A stretch of DNA of 64,000 nucleotides from Microgenomates group bacterium (lineage in GTDB: Bacteria > Patescibacteriota > Microgenomatia > PFEM01 > JBNASD01). The stretch lies in NCBI GenBank assembly GCA_049720225.1, contig JBNASD010000002.1:1622-65621 (forward strand), read 5' to 3'. The position numbers and the translations under genes are program-made. Each line of letters opens with the position of its first letter. The first letter of the stretch is position 1. This document shows positions 1-9,216 of this stretch, piece after piece. The notes below the pieces were generated by a model. That model saw only the letters and a program-made list of their open reading frames with translations. It did not search any database and was not told where the DNA came from.

Positions 1-743
1 CCACAAACGACTGGCACCCGAATGGCTAAACCGTCAAAAAGTCCTTTTAAGCTTGGTAAAACTTCGGTGGTTGCGATGGCGGCACCAGTGGTGGTAGGAA
101 CAATATTTATCGCCGCCGCTCTGGCTCGCCTTAAATCTTTATGAGAACCATCGACTAATTCTTGATCAGCAGTGTAAGCATGAATAGTGGTTATTAATCC
201 TTTTTGAATCCCAAATTTTTCCATAATTACCTTAGTAATGGGAGCGATACAATTAGTAGTACAGGAGGCATTATTAATTACCAGTTCCCCTCGATATTTT
301 TCTTCGTTAACCCCCATCACAAAAGTTTTTGTTTCTGCCGCCGGTGCAGAAATCACTACTTTTTTTGCTCCTCCTTCTAAATGAGCAGAAGCAGACTTTT
401 TGTCGCGAAAAACACCCGTTGCTTCAATAACCACATCAACATCGTATTCTCTCCACGGAATTTTTGCCGGCTCTCTTTCTGCCAAAACCGGAATTTTTTG
501 ATTATTTATTTCCAAAACTCCTATTTCTTTATCAGTTTTTAATTTTTCTTTTCTGACCTTTATTTTTCCTTTAAATTGGCCATAAACACTATCGTATTTA
601 AACAAATGAGCCCATCCCTCAATATCCATAGAACCGGAAGTATTAATGGCTACCGGCTTAATTTTAGTTAAATATTTAGCCAATATCACCCTTAAGGCGA
701 CACGGCCAATTCGACCAAAACCATTAATTGCAACGTTTATCAT
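1..743 (-). CDS. gap: glyceraldehyde-3-phosphate dehydrogenase (partial, C-terminus beyond window start)
   Basis: Manual translation of the minus strand from the ATG at 743 gives MINVAINGFGRIGR...SCTTNC...; NAD-binding GFGRIGR motif and catalytic SCTTNC motif; open to position 1. Confidence 0.85.
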   Translation of the reverse strand, partial: MINVAINGFGRIGRVALRVILAKYLTKIKPVAINTSGSMDIEGWAHLFKYDSVYGQFKGKIKVRKEKLKTDKEIGVLEINNQKIPVLAEREPAKIPWREYDVDVVIEATGVFRDKKSASAHLEGGAKKVVISAPAAETKTFVMGVNEEKYRGELVINNASCTTNCIAPITKVIMEKFGIQKGLITTIHAYTADQELVDGSHKDLRRARAAAINIVPTTTGAAIATTEVLPSLKGLFDGLAIRVPVVC

Positions 744-798
744 AATTTTGAAAGTTTGAAAATTTAATCATTAAAAAATTTATTGTCAATTGAAAATT

Positions 799-1830
799 TT
801 AATCAATAATTGCTTTAATTCCTGGTAATGTCCCTTCGGCTAAAAATTCTAACATTGCTCCTCCCCCCGAAGAAACAAAATTAATTTTTTTCTCCCAACC
901 AAATTTCGTTAAGGCGGCTTCAGTATCTCCTCCTCCTACTACTAAAAAAGCACCGCTTTTAACCACCGCCTCGGCTACCATTTTTGTTCCTTTTTCATAT
1001 CTTTTATCATAAAAATTGCCCATTGGTCCAGCCCAAACCACTGTTTTTGCTTTTTTAATAATTTCCGAAAATTTTTTCGCTGTTTCCATTGTAATATCTT
1101 GTCCACTTCTAATCAAGCTTCCTACCACTTTATGGTGATCAAGTAAAAAAGAGGTTTCTTCATATTCCACTAATTTTCCCCCAATCAAAACCCAATCTGC
1201 CCAAGAAATTAATTTTTTGGCTCCCTCCAATTTATCTTTTTTAATACCTCCTAAGATTAAAACGACTGGTCTTTGGGGATTTTCTCTTACCCTCTTTAAT
1301 ATTTCAATTTCTTTAAGAAAATCAAATCCAAAAGCCCGTTTTTTCAAAGAAAAAAATTTTGGCACTCCCACAATTGAAGCATGTTTTCGATGAGAACAAG
1401 CAAAGGCTTCATTGACATAAAAATCTGCTAATTCTGCTATTTTTTTAGCAAAACCTTCATCATTGCTTTCTTCTTCGGGAAAAAACCTAAGATTTTCTAA
1501 CAAAATTATCTTTTCGTTTATCCTAAACCCAGGAAAGTTTTTTAATTTAATATTTAAATTTTCAATTTTCAATTTCAAATTTGCAATCAACCAACGGGCT
1601 ACTGGTGCCAAACTTAATTCTGAAACCACTTTTCCCTCTGGTCTTCCTAGATGAGAGATTAAAATTATTTCTTGAGGATTTTGTTTTAAAAGAAATTCAA
1701 TTGTTGGTAAAGATTCTTCAATTCTCGTTGTATCTTCGATTTGACCATTTTTTAAGGGAACGTCATAATTAACTCTTATCAAAACTTTTTTTCTTTTTAC
1801 TTTTAAATTTTTCACCGAGGGCAGTAACAT
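799..1830 (-). CDS. pgk: phosphoglycerate kinase
   Basis: The ORF 799..1863 translates to VLIRVNYDVPL... and other PGK-typical motifs. I place the start at the internal Met (1830) so that it does not overlap the upstream gene's stop; the start could be 1863. Confidence 0.85.
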   Translation of the reverse strand: MLLPSVKNLKVKRKKVLIRVNYDVPLKNGQIEDTTRIEESLPTIEFLLKQNPQEIILISHLGRPEGKVVSELSLAPVARWLIANLKLKIENLNIKLKNFPGFRINEKIILLENLRFFPEEESNDEGFAKKIAELADFYVNEAFACSHRKHASIVGVPKFFSLKKRAFGFDFLKEIEILKRVRENPQRPVVLILGGIKKDKLEGAKKLISWADWVLIGGKLVEYEETSFLLDHHKVVGSLIRSGQDITMETAKKFSEIIKKAKTVVWAGPMGNFYDKRYEKGTKMVAEAVVKSGAFLVVGGGDTEAALTKFGWEKKINFVSSGGGAMLEFLAEGTLPGIKAIID

Positions 1831-1831
1831 T

Positions 1832-2389
1832 TTAAATTTTCTCTTCTTCTTTAATTTTAGCAATTATTTTATCAATTAATTTTACCGGGTCGTTATCAAA
1901 AATTACTTTTCGATTACCTTTCTTGGCGACTTTTAAAAGATGACGAATTTCATCGGCGATTCCTCCCGAACCTTCTAATACGCCAACGATTTGATTTTCT
2001 TCAAAAGCGACTGTAAATTCATTTAAAGTACCAATTCTTCCATCAATAATAATTACTGCATCGGAAGAACGGACCATTAATAAATTTCTTCCCGTATAAC
2101 CCATTTCGGTATAGACTAAATGGTCATAAACACTATCTTCTGCCGGCAGATGATATTTTCTAATATGCTCTTCTCGACTGCCTGCCGGAGAAAACCCAAT
2201 ATTTACTCCCCCTGCTTTTTTTGCTGCCACTGCCGCTTCATAAGGAACACCAGTAGTAGCTCCACTAACCAAAATACAACCTCGTTTAGCAATTTCTTCG
2301 CCCACTTTGCGTGCTAATTCAGCCGCTTTTTCTGCATTAGAACCGGTAGAACCACCGGAAACACAAATTTTTAATCTTCTTTTTATCAT
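1832..2389 (-). CDS. LOG/TIGR00725-family Rossmann-fold nucleotide-binding protein
   Basis: 185 aa; N-terminal ICVSGGSTGSN... glycine-rich motif and overall similarity to the LOG-like (lysine-decarboxylase-like) fold family. Confidence 0.6.
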   Translation of the reverse strand: MIKRRLKICVSGGSTGSNAEKAAELARKVGEEIAKRGCILVSGATTGVPYEAAVAAKKAGGVNIGFSPAGSREEHIRKYHLPAEDSVYDHLVYTEMGYTGRNLLMVRSSDAVIIIDGRIGTLNEFTVAFEENQIVGVLEGSGGIADEIRHLLKVAKKGNRKVIFDNDPVKLIDKIIAKIKEEEKI

Positions 2390-2391
2390 CT

Positions 2392-3057
2392 TTATTTAAA
2401 ACCTTCAGTTAACTCTTTTAAAACTTTTTCGGGATTACCAGCCAAAACAACGTGAGAAGACACCAAAATACCTTTTACTCCTAATTTTAATCCTATTTTA
2501 ATATCCTGACTGTTTTTAATTCCCGCCCCGATTATTGCCGGAATTTCCCCACAAATTTCTTTAAAATGATAAATCGCGGTCGGATTAAACTGAGAAACCG
2601 ATATTTCCCCTCCGATTAATTCTGATGGTTCGTAGGCTAAAAAATCTGGTTTAATTTTAACATAATTTTTTGCCTGACCTAAACTCCGACAACAAATTAA
2701 AGTTTCAAATCGGTAATTATTTTCTTGATTAAAATTTTTAATTCTTTTCACTGTTCTTTTTAATGTTCCTAAGGGCAATTTATGCTCCGCATGATTTAAA
2801 ATTGTACCTCTTCCTCCCGCCTCAAACACTGCTTCCAAATTAGTAAAGCCGGTAAACTGCCCCTGGGGATACCAATCTAAATGTTGAACCCAAACAGGAA
2901 TTTTTACTGCCTGAGAAACACGAAAAAGATCGACTACCTGAACTACCGGAATAATTTTTATTTTTGTTTCCTTACTAACTTTTTCACAAATTTTAGCTAA
3001 GAAAACTGCTTTTTCTCCTGTTGCTTGAGAATAAGTTTTAAAATTAACAAAAATCAT
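2392..3057 (-). CDS. tpiA: triosephosphate isomerase, archaeal-type (short form)
   Basis: 221 aa; N-terminus MIFVNFKTY resembles archaeal TIM (INFKTY) rather than the bacterial GNWKMN motif; the length is in the archaeal-type range; it lies next to pgk and gap. Confidence 0.75.
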   Translation of the reverse strand: MIFVNFKTYSQATGEKAVFLAKICEKVSKETKIKIIPVVQVVDLFRVSQAVKIPVWVQHLDWYPQGQFTGFTNLEAVFEAGGRGTILNHAEHKLPLGTLKRTVKRIKNFNQENNYRFETLICCRSLGQAKNYVKIKPDFLAYEPSELIGGEISVSQFNPTAIYHFKEICGEIPAIIGAGIKNSQDIKIGLKLGVKGILVSSHVVLAGNPEKVLKELTEGFK

Positions 3058-3698
3058 TGGCCTAAAACCTCCACTAATTTTTCTCCAAATTCGTAAGCTA
3101 CCTGAGGACCAGAGGCAGTAACAATTTTTCCATCTACAATCACTCCACTCTTAGTATATTTTACTCCTTTTGCTTTTAAGTTTTCCTCCTCTGAAGAATA
3201 GGCAGTCGCATTTTTTCCTTGTAAAATACCCGCATTAGCCAAAATTGAAGGAGCAATACAAATTGCCCCAATTACCTTCCCTTTTTCATAAGCAGATTTA
3301 GCTAAATTAAGCACTAATTGATCTTCAAAATAGACAGTTGTTCCACTTCCTCCTACAAAAATTACCCCTTCATACTCATCCAAATTAATTTCTGAAAGTT
3401 CTTTGTCTATCGACACTCTTGCCCCCAACATTCCCTGAGCTTCTTTAACTCCTTTGCTGGCTACTTCCACTTTCCACCCTGCACTTTCTAAAACTTCTCT
3501 TGGTTTTTGGTATTCTTCATCACGAAAATTTACCGGAGCTACTATCATTAATACCTTTAATTTTCCCTCTTCCATGATAACTTTTTCACCTCCTTTTTGA
3601 AGACTTTTTTCTAGTTTACTAACCCTTTTTAACAAAAAACCGCCAATTAAAAGAAATAAAAATAATAATCCACCTCCCAGAATTAAAAATCTTCTCAT
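3054..3698 (-). CDS. DJ-1/PfpI family protein with N-terminal membrane anchor
   Basis: 214 aa; hydrophobic N-terminus followed by ...VIGAICIAPSILANAGIL..., a Cys-containing nucleophile-elbow motif typical of DJ-1/PfpI. Confidence 0.7.
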   Translation of the reverse strand: MRRFLILGGGLLFLFLLIGGFLLKRVSKLEKSLQKGGEKVIMEEGKLKVLMIVAPVNFRDEEYQKPREVLESAGWKVEVASKGVKEAQGMLGARVSIDKELSEINLDEYEGVIFVGGSGTTVYFEDQLVLNLAKSAYEKGKVIGAICIAPSILANAGILQGKNATAYSSEEENLKAKGVKYTKSGVIVDGKIVTASGPQVAYEFGEKLVEVLGQ

Positions 3699-3738
3699 TA
3701 ATTAAATCTTAAATAAGAAGAAGAAAATTTTCAAATTT

Positions 3739-4143
3739 TTAAACTAATGATTTTTTCTTTTTTCGATAATTTTCAATTGCTTTCTTTAAAGCATCAACTG
3801 CCAATAAGGAACAATGAATTTTCGCCGGTGGTAATCCCCCTAAAGCTTTCGTTACTGCTTGATTGGTAATTTTTTCTGCTTCCGAAAGGAGTTTTCCCTT
3901 AACCATAGTAGTAATAATCGAAGAAGTAGCAATAGCTGCTCCACAACCGAGGGTTTGAAACTTAATATCCTTAATATACTCTTTACCTTCTTTTTTTCCA
4001 ATTTTTAGATAAAGCTTCATTATATCGCCACAAACGCGATTACCTACTGTCGCTACCCCATCGGGATTTTTAATTTCTCCCATATTTCGCGGGCGCCTAA
4101 TATGTTCTAAAACTTTTTTTGAATAAAAAAATTGAAAATCCAT
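3739..4143 (-). CDS. iscU: Fe-S cluster assembly scaffold (NifU/IscU-like)
   Basis: 134 aa with the conserved GNRVCGD, GCGAAIATSS and HCS motifs. Confidence 0.85.
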   Translation of the reverse strand: MDFQFFYSKKVLEHIRRPRNMGEIKNPDGVATVGNRVCGDIMKLYLKIGKKEGKEYIKDIKFQTLGCGAAIATSSIITTMVKGKLLSEAEKITNQAVTKALGGLPPAKIHCSLLAVDALKKAIENYRKKKKSLV

Positions 4144-4275
4144 AATTTTTAAAAATCCTAAATTCTAAGCACTAAATCCTAAATAATTTCAAAATTCAAA
4201 TCCCAAATTTTTAAAGCCTTTTTTGAATTTTGGCCATTTGAATTTGTTTAGAATTTAGAAATTAGTATTTAGAAT

Positions 4276-5460
4276 TTAATCCTTAGGTGCCATTTTTCTT
4301 AACCTTTCTATTATTGGCGGCAAAACTTCTAAAACATAATCTATTTCTTCCTCTGTTGTTTCTTTTCCTAAAGAGAACCTTACTGAACCATGAGAAAGTG
4401 CTGGTGAAATTCCCATTGCAGTTAAAACGTGAGAAGGTTGTAATAATCCTGAAGTACAAGCTGAACCAGAAGAAGCCGCAATTCCCTTATCTGATAAAGC
4501 CAGCAAAATTGCTTCCCCTTCCACATTTTCAAAAACAAAAGAGGCAATATCCGGTAACCTTTCTTTTGGGTGGCCAGTTAAATAACTTCCGGAAATTTTC
4601 TCTAATACTCCCTTGATTAACTTATCGCGAAGTTTTTCTACTCTTTTTTTTGCTTCTTCTACCTCTTCTTGGGCAATTTTTAACGCTTCTGCGGCTCCCA
4701 CAATTAAAGGTACTGCTTCTGTTCCCGGCCATAAACCATTTTCATGATGGCCTCCAAAAGTAATTGGCTTAAGAGGAACTCCCTTTTTAACATACAAAAT
4801 CCCTACTCCTTTAGGACCATGAAATTTATGGGCGCCTAAACTTAGCAAGTCTACCCCCATTTCTTTAACATCTAAAGAAAAATATTCCGCAATGGTTGCC
4901 GCGTCGGTATGAAAATATAAATCTTTTATTTTTGTCTTAAATTTTTTAATTATTTTTCCAATTTCTTTAATGGGCTGAATGGTACCTACTTCATTATTAG
5001 CAGACATAATAGTAATTAAACCAGTTTGAGAATTAATAGCTTTTTCTAATTGTTTAGGGTCTACTTTTCCGTATTTATCTACTGGCAAAATTGTAAGTTT
5101 AAACCCTTCCCTTTCTAGCGCTTTAGCGGTATCTAAAACCGCATGGTGTTCTACCGCCGACGTAATAAGATGATTCTTTCCTTTTTCTTTTAAAGCTTTC
5201 ATTACTCCTTGAATCGCTAAATTAACAGAAGTAGTAGTCGTTCCGGTAAAATAAACTTCTGAAGAAAAACAATTTAAGATTCTGGCAACTTTTTCTCTTG
5301 CTTCTTCCACTGCTTTTCTTGCCTCTTGTCCCCACAAATGAATTGAAGAGGGATTGCCAAATTTAGAAGAAAAATAAGGCAACATTACCTTTAAAACTCT
5401 TTTATCAACCGGAGTAGTGGCAGCGTAATCTAAATAAACTTTTTTTATTGTTGAAAACAT
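4276..5460 (-). CDS. iscS: cysteine desulfurase (NifS/IscS class V aminotransferase)
   Basis: 394 aa; VYLDYAATTP N-terminus, PLP-lysine region SLGAHKFHGPKGVG, active-site loop SSGSACTSG. Confidence 0.9.
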   Translation of the reverse strand: MFSTIKKVYLDYAATTPVDKRVLKVMLPYFSSKFGNPSSIHLWGQEARKAVEEAREKVARILNCFSSEVYFTGTTTTSVNLAIQGVMKALKEKGKNHLITSAVEHHAVLDTAKALEREGFKLTILPVDKYGKVDPKQLEKAINSQTGLITIMSANNEVGTIQPIKEIGKIIKKFKTKIKDLYFHTDAATIAEYFSLDVKEMGVDLLSLGAHKFHGPKGVGILYVKKGVPLKPITFGGHHENGLWPGTEAVPLIVGAAEALKIAQEEVEEAKKRVEKLRDKLIKGVLEKISGSYLTGHPKERLPDIASFVFENVEGEAILLALSDKGIAASSGSACTSGLLQPSHVLTAMGISPALSHGSVRFSLGKETTEEEIDYVLEVLPPIIERLRKMAPKD

Positions 5461-5711
5461 ACCCCTCCTTCAGGACAAATTAGTACAATTTTATAATAAA
5501 CCTTTCTTCCTTCTTTTCGAGAAGTAACTAAACCCTCTTTCTCCATCACTTTTAGGTGATAACTTACTGTTGGTTGTTTTAATCGTAATTTTTTAACTAT
5601 CTCTCCAACCGTTTTCTCTCCTTCAAAGTATAAATATTCGTAAATTCGCCGACGAGACCGAATTGCCATTTGCGGCAAAGCGTATGGACAATGAGGTAAA
5701 AGCTTTTCCAT
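5445..5711 (-). CDS. ArsR/SmtB-family HTH transcriptional regulator with terminal Cys pairs
   Basis: 88 aa; winged-HTH region IYEYLYFEGEKTVGEIVKKLRLKQPTVSYHLKVMEKEGLV; Cys at HCPY and CPEGGVC; overlaps the iscS start by 16 nt, which indicates an operon. Confidence 0.6.
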   Translation of the reverse strand: MEKLLPHCPYALPQMAIRSRRRIYEYLYFEGEKTVGEIVKKLRLKQPTVSYHLKVMEKEGLVTSRKEGRKVYYKIVLICPEGGVCFQQ

Positions 5712-5772
5712 AATATATAGATGATAATCTATATTTTATTTTTTGTCAAGAGATTATGCTAAAATTTAACTA

Positions 5773-6084
5773 ATGAAAAAGATTAATCTTTTAATTATTT
5801 TTCTTCAATTAGGAATTATTATTTTTTCTTGGCAAAACTTACCCCCTCAAATTCCTCTTTTTTATTCTCTGCCGTGGGGAAAAGAACGATTATCTTCAAG
5901 CCTTTCTTTATTTATTTTACCCATCTTTTCCTTGGGAATTTTTTTAATTAATTGTTTAATTATCCCCCTTTTAATTAAAAAAACGGAAGAAAAATTTGCT
6001 TTGGATATTTTAGAAGGAGGAAGTTTAAGTTTCAGTATTTTAACTTTTATTTCTTTAGCAAAAATTATTCTTTTGGTCACTTAA
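5773..6084 (+). CDS. small hypothetical membrane protein
   Basis: 103 aa, three predicted hydrophobic helices; its stop abuts the ATG of the next gene. Confidence 0.35.
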   Translation: MKKINLLIIFLQLGIIIFSWQNLPPQIPLFYSLPWGKERLSSSLSLFILPIFSLGIFLINCLIIPLLIKKTEEKFALDILEGGSLSFSILTFISLAKIILLVT

Positions 6085-7176
6085 ATGATTAAACAATTAA
6101 TTATTTTTCCTTCTTTAATTTCTTTCTTGATTTCTTTTTTAATTACCCCTCTAATTATTTTTGTTTACCGAAAAAAAGGTTGGTTAGAAAAACCTCATCG
6201 CCTAAAGGATACCCACACCTATCCTGTTCCCCGCGGAGGAGGTATTCCTATCTGGGGAGCAATATTAATCACCAGTTTAATTTTTCTCCCTTTTGATAAA
6301 CACCTAAAAGGAATTTTGGCGGGAGTTACTTTATTGATGATTGTCGGTTTTTTAGATGATCGACTAGACCTTAACCCTTATTTAAGATTATTACTTGGTT
6401 TTCTTGCCGCTGGATTAGTAGTGGGAAGCGGAATTGGAATTCCTTTTATTACCAATCCTTTTGGAGGAATTATTAAATTAGATCAACCGCAAATTCGGTT
6501 TTATTTTTTAGGAGAGGAAAGAAGTATCTGGATTTTAGCTGATCTTTTTGCTTTGTTTTGGATTGTGTTTTTAACTAACATCGTTAATTGGGCAAAAGGA
6601 TTTGATGGTCAACTCCCGGGAATTGTGGTGATTGCGGGATTAACCATTGCCTTTTTGGCTTTAAGATTTTCTGCCGATATTACCCAATGGCCGGTGGCGA
6701 TTTTAGCCTCAATTACCGCCGGTGCTTATTTAGGATTTTTACCTTTTAACTTTTATCCCCAAAAAATTATGCCAGGTTATGGAGGAGGGACAATCGCTGG
6801 ATTTATGTTGGCAGTTTTAGCCATTCTTTCCACCACCAAGGTAGGAACCGCCATTGTGGTTTTGGGAATTCCCCTCGCCGACGCTTTTTATTCGATTATT
6901 CGCCGAATTGCTGCTGGTAAATCTCCTGTCTGGGGTGACCGCGGTCATCTTCATCATAAAATTTTGGATGAATGGAAATGGAGCAAAAGAAAAACCGCTT
7001 TCTTTTACTGGGCAATCACCGCCGTTTTAGGTTTTTTGGCTCTCAATTTGTCAAGTATGTTTAAATTTTATACAATAGTTTTAGTTTTAGTGATTATTGG
7101 GGGATTATTTTTATGGTTCAATTATTTTTCCACATTTTTCAAAGTCTCCGACCGCGACAAGCCCTTAAAAACTTAA
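6085..7176 (+). CDS. glycosyltransferase family 4 polyprenyl-phosphate sugar-1-phosphate transferase (MraY/WecA-like)
   Basis: 363 aa multi-TM protein; FLDDRLDL aspartate motif and NIVNWAKGFDG; typical MraY/WecA N-terminus (RKKGWLEKPHRLKDTHTYPVPRGGG). Confidence 0.75.
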   Translation: MIKQLIIFPSLISFLISFLITPLIIFVYRKKGWLEKPHRLKDTHTYPVPRGGGIPIWGAILITSLIFLPFDKHLKGILAGVTLLMIVGFLDDRLDLNPYLRLLLGFLAAGLVVGSGIGIPFITNPFGGIIKLDQPQIRFYFLGEERSIWILADLFALFWIVFLTNIVNWAKGFDGQLPGIVVIAGLTIAFLALRFSADITQWPVAILASITAGAYLGFLPFNFYPQKIMPGYGGGTIAGFMLAVLAILSTTKVGTAIVVLGIPLADAFYSIIRRIAAGKSPVWGDRGHLHHKILDEWKWSKRKTAFFYWAITAVLGFLALNLSSMFKFYTIVLVLVIIGGLFLWFNYFSTFFKVSDRDKPLKT

Positions 7177-8048
7177 GTCTACTGGCCCCTTTAGTTTTTT
7201 CAGGAAATCTTTTTGTTGAGGAAAAATTTCTTCTTTCTTTTTTGGGAGTAATTACTTTTACTTTTTTAACTTCCGCCTGTTATATTATTAACGATATTAT
7301 TGACCTTCCTCGTGATCAACTTCATCCCATTAAGAAAAAAAGGCCAATTGCTTCTGGAATTCTTCCCCTTCCAATTGCTTTTTTTATCGCCGTCTGTTTT
7401 TTGTTCACAAGTTTTTGGTTAGGTTTGTGGCTTAATTTTTTCTTTTTTTTAATTTTAATCATCTATTTTTTTCTTCAGCTTGCTTACAGTTTTTATTTTA
7501 AAAATATTATCGTGTTAGATGTTTTAATTATTGCCACCGGTTTTGTTCTAAGGGTTTATGCTGGAGCTTTTCTAATTAATGTTCATATGAATGTTTGGTT
7601 TCTTTTATGTGTCGTTTCTTTAGCGCTTTTTTTAGCGGTAGGAAAAAGAAGGGCAGAATTAGCAGTTTTAGATTTAGAAAAAGCAGGCGTTCACCGAAAA
7701 ACTTTAATTTTTTACACTCCCCAACTTTTGGATGTTTACTTAGCAATGTTTGCCAACTCCGCTTGGCTTTCTTATGCTTTATTTACTTTTTTTTCTCCTC
7801 CTCCCCCCATTAGCCAACAGTTTGCTTTATATCGATTCTTACCGCTCGCATTATCAGGAATTAATAAATGGCTAATGATCACTATCCCTTTAGTAATTTA
7901 TGGAGTAATGCGTTATATGAGTATTATTTATCAAGGAAATAAAGCAGAAGCACCGGAAAAAATTCTTTTATCTGATAGACCATTGTTGACCACCGTTTTA
8001 ATTTGGGGATTAATGGTGGTAGCAATTCTTTACGGAATTAAACCCTAA
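7113..8048 (+). CDS. UbiA-family prenyl-phosphate phosphoribosyltransferase-like (decaprenyl-phosphate 5-phosphoribosyltransferase homologue)
   Basis: 311 aa; LRPRQALKNLSLLAPLVF and YIINDIIDLPRDQLHPIKKKRPIASG match the DPPR-synthase subgroup of UbiA; overlaps the upstream gene by 64 nt, so the true start may be later. Confidence 0.65.
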   Translation: MVQLFFHIFQSLRPRQALKNLSLLAPLVFSGNLFVEEKFLLSFLGVITFTFLTSACYIINDIIDLPRDQLHPIKKKRPIASGILPLPIAFFIAVCFLFTSFWLGLWLNFFFFLILIIYFFLQLAYSFYFKNIIVLDVLIIATGFVLRVYAGAFLINVHMNVWFLLCVVSLALFLAVGKRRAELAVLDLEKAGVHRKTLIFYTPQLLDVYLAMFANSAWLSYALFTFFSPPPPISQQFALYRFLPLALSGINKWLMITIPLVIYGVMRYMSIIYQGNKAEAPEKILLSDRPLLTTVLIWGLMVVAILYGIKP

Positions 8049-8049
8049 A

Positions 8050-8964
8050 TCATTCTATCAGATCAGCGTAGGTACCACTCACCCACCCCTCTTTATCTTC
8101 TTCATATTCGATTTTATACCAACCATTTACCGTTTCTCCTAAATAAGGAAAAGTTTCTCCTGGCTTTGCTTTCCCTAATTCTTCTCCACTAGTAGAAGGT
8201 TTGCTTCTTATTCTCAGCCAACCAGTGGGAGTATTTTTAATCTCAACGTAAGGCTTCTTTAAAGAAGTAGTTGAATTTGACTTAACTAAAGGAGTAGGAG
8301 AAGGCATTGGTTTTCCACTTGAAGTCGCCTCCTCTGCTTCTTTTTTTGAAGCCATTTCCTCTATTCCTTCGATTTCTTTAGCCAATTTGGCATTAATTAA
8401 TAATTTATAACCGGCAATTAATTTAATAGAAATTGTTCTTGATTTATAACCAGGAGCAGCAATTTCTATTTGATAACTTCCTGGGGGAATTTCTTCATTT
8501 AAAAAGGGAGTAAATCCTTTTGGTTCTCCTCCTAACTTTACCACTGCTTGTTCGGGAAAAGAAATTACTGCCAAACTTGCTTTTCTTTTGTTTTCTATCT
8601 TTTCTAACCAAACTACCTGTCCTCCTGATTCCGCTTCTGAGGAAGCTAATTCTCTTTTAATAGAAGTTAAAATACCTGCTGGCAAGTTTATTTTTCCCTC
8701 CCAAGGAATTAACTCATTTGACTCGGGAACTAATTTAATTCGGTGCTCTCCTGGTTCAATTTTATCATTGTAATATGGTTTTTCTAAAGAAGCGGTACCC
8801 ACCTGAACATTATCAATAAAAACTGCTGTTTGTGGCGAAGAAGAAATTGAAATTACGGCAAGTTTAGGGGTAGAAAAAATTTTTTTAAAGACTAAAAAAC
8901 CTAAAAGAAGAATTAAAATTAAACCAAAAAAAAGCAACCATTTTTTATTAAAGGAAAGTTTCAT
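8050..8964 (-). CDS. membrane-anchored PEGA-domain protein with C-terminal bacterial SH3 domain
   Basis: 304 aa; N-terminal TM; PEGA-like beta-sandwich repeats; C-terminal GWLRIRSKPSTSGEELGKAKPGETFPYLGETVNGWYKIEYE is SH3b-like. Confidence 0.55.
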   Translation of the reverse strand: MKLSFNKKWLLFFGLILILLLGFLVFKKIFSTPKLAVISISSSPQTAVFIDNVQVGTASLEKPYYNDKIEPGEHRIKLVPESNELIPWEGKINLPAGILTSIKRELASSEAESGGQVVWLEKIENKRKASLAVISFPEQAVVKLGGEPKGFTPFLNEEIPPGSYQIEIAAPGYKSRTISIKLIAGYKLLINAKLAKEIEGIEEMASKKEAEEATSSGKPMPSPTPLVKSNSTTSLKKPYVEIKNTPTGWLRIRSKPSTSGEELGKAKPGETFPYLGETVNGWYKIEYEEDKEGWVSGTYADLIE

Positions 8965-9044
8965 TATTTTAAAATAACATATTAACTTTAATAACGCAAC
9001 TTTCTTTAAAAATAATTTTTGTGATAAAATAGGAGTAATTTATT

Positions 9045-9116
9045 GGCGCGATGGCGAAGTGGAAACGCAGCTGTCTGCAAAACAGCTATGCGGGGGTTCG
9101 ATTCCCCCTCGCGCCT
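9045..9116 (+). tRNA. tRNA-Cys (GCA)
   Basis: Cloverleaf folded by hand: acceptor GGCGCGA/TCGCGCC, anticodon loop CTGCAAA, T-loop GGTTCGATTCC. Confidence 0.85.
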
Positions 9117-9170
9117 CTAAAATAAATTTTATTTGACTTTTTCCCTCTCTTTTGTTAAAATTATTTCAAT

Positions 9171-9198
9171 CTTCCCATAATCTGGGAAGATTTTTTTT
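9171..9198 (+). terminator. intrinsic terminator hairpin plus T-run downstream of tRNA-Cys
   Basis: CTTCCCA-taatc-TGGGAAG stem-loop followed by eight T residues. Confidence 0.5.
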
Positions 9199-9216
9199 GG
9201 GCTAATAGCCCGGTTT

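Noticed and set aside
4144-4275. Possible CRISPR or mobile repeat in the iscS-iscU spacer
   Set aside because: The repeats are only 11 bp, AT-rich and imperfect, with no regular spacer structure; they are better explained as operator-like motifs or AT-rich simplicity. I kept them as a low-interest finding instead.
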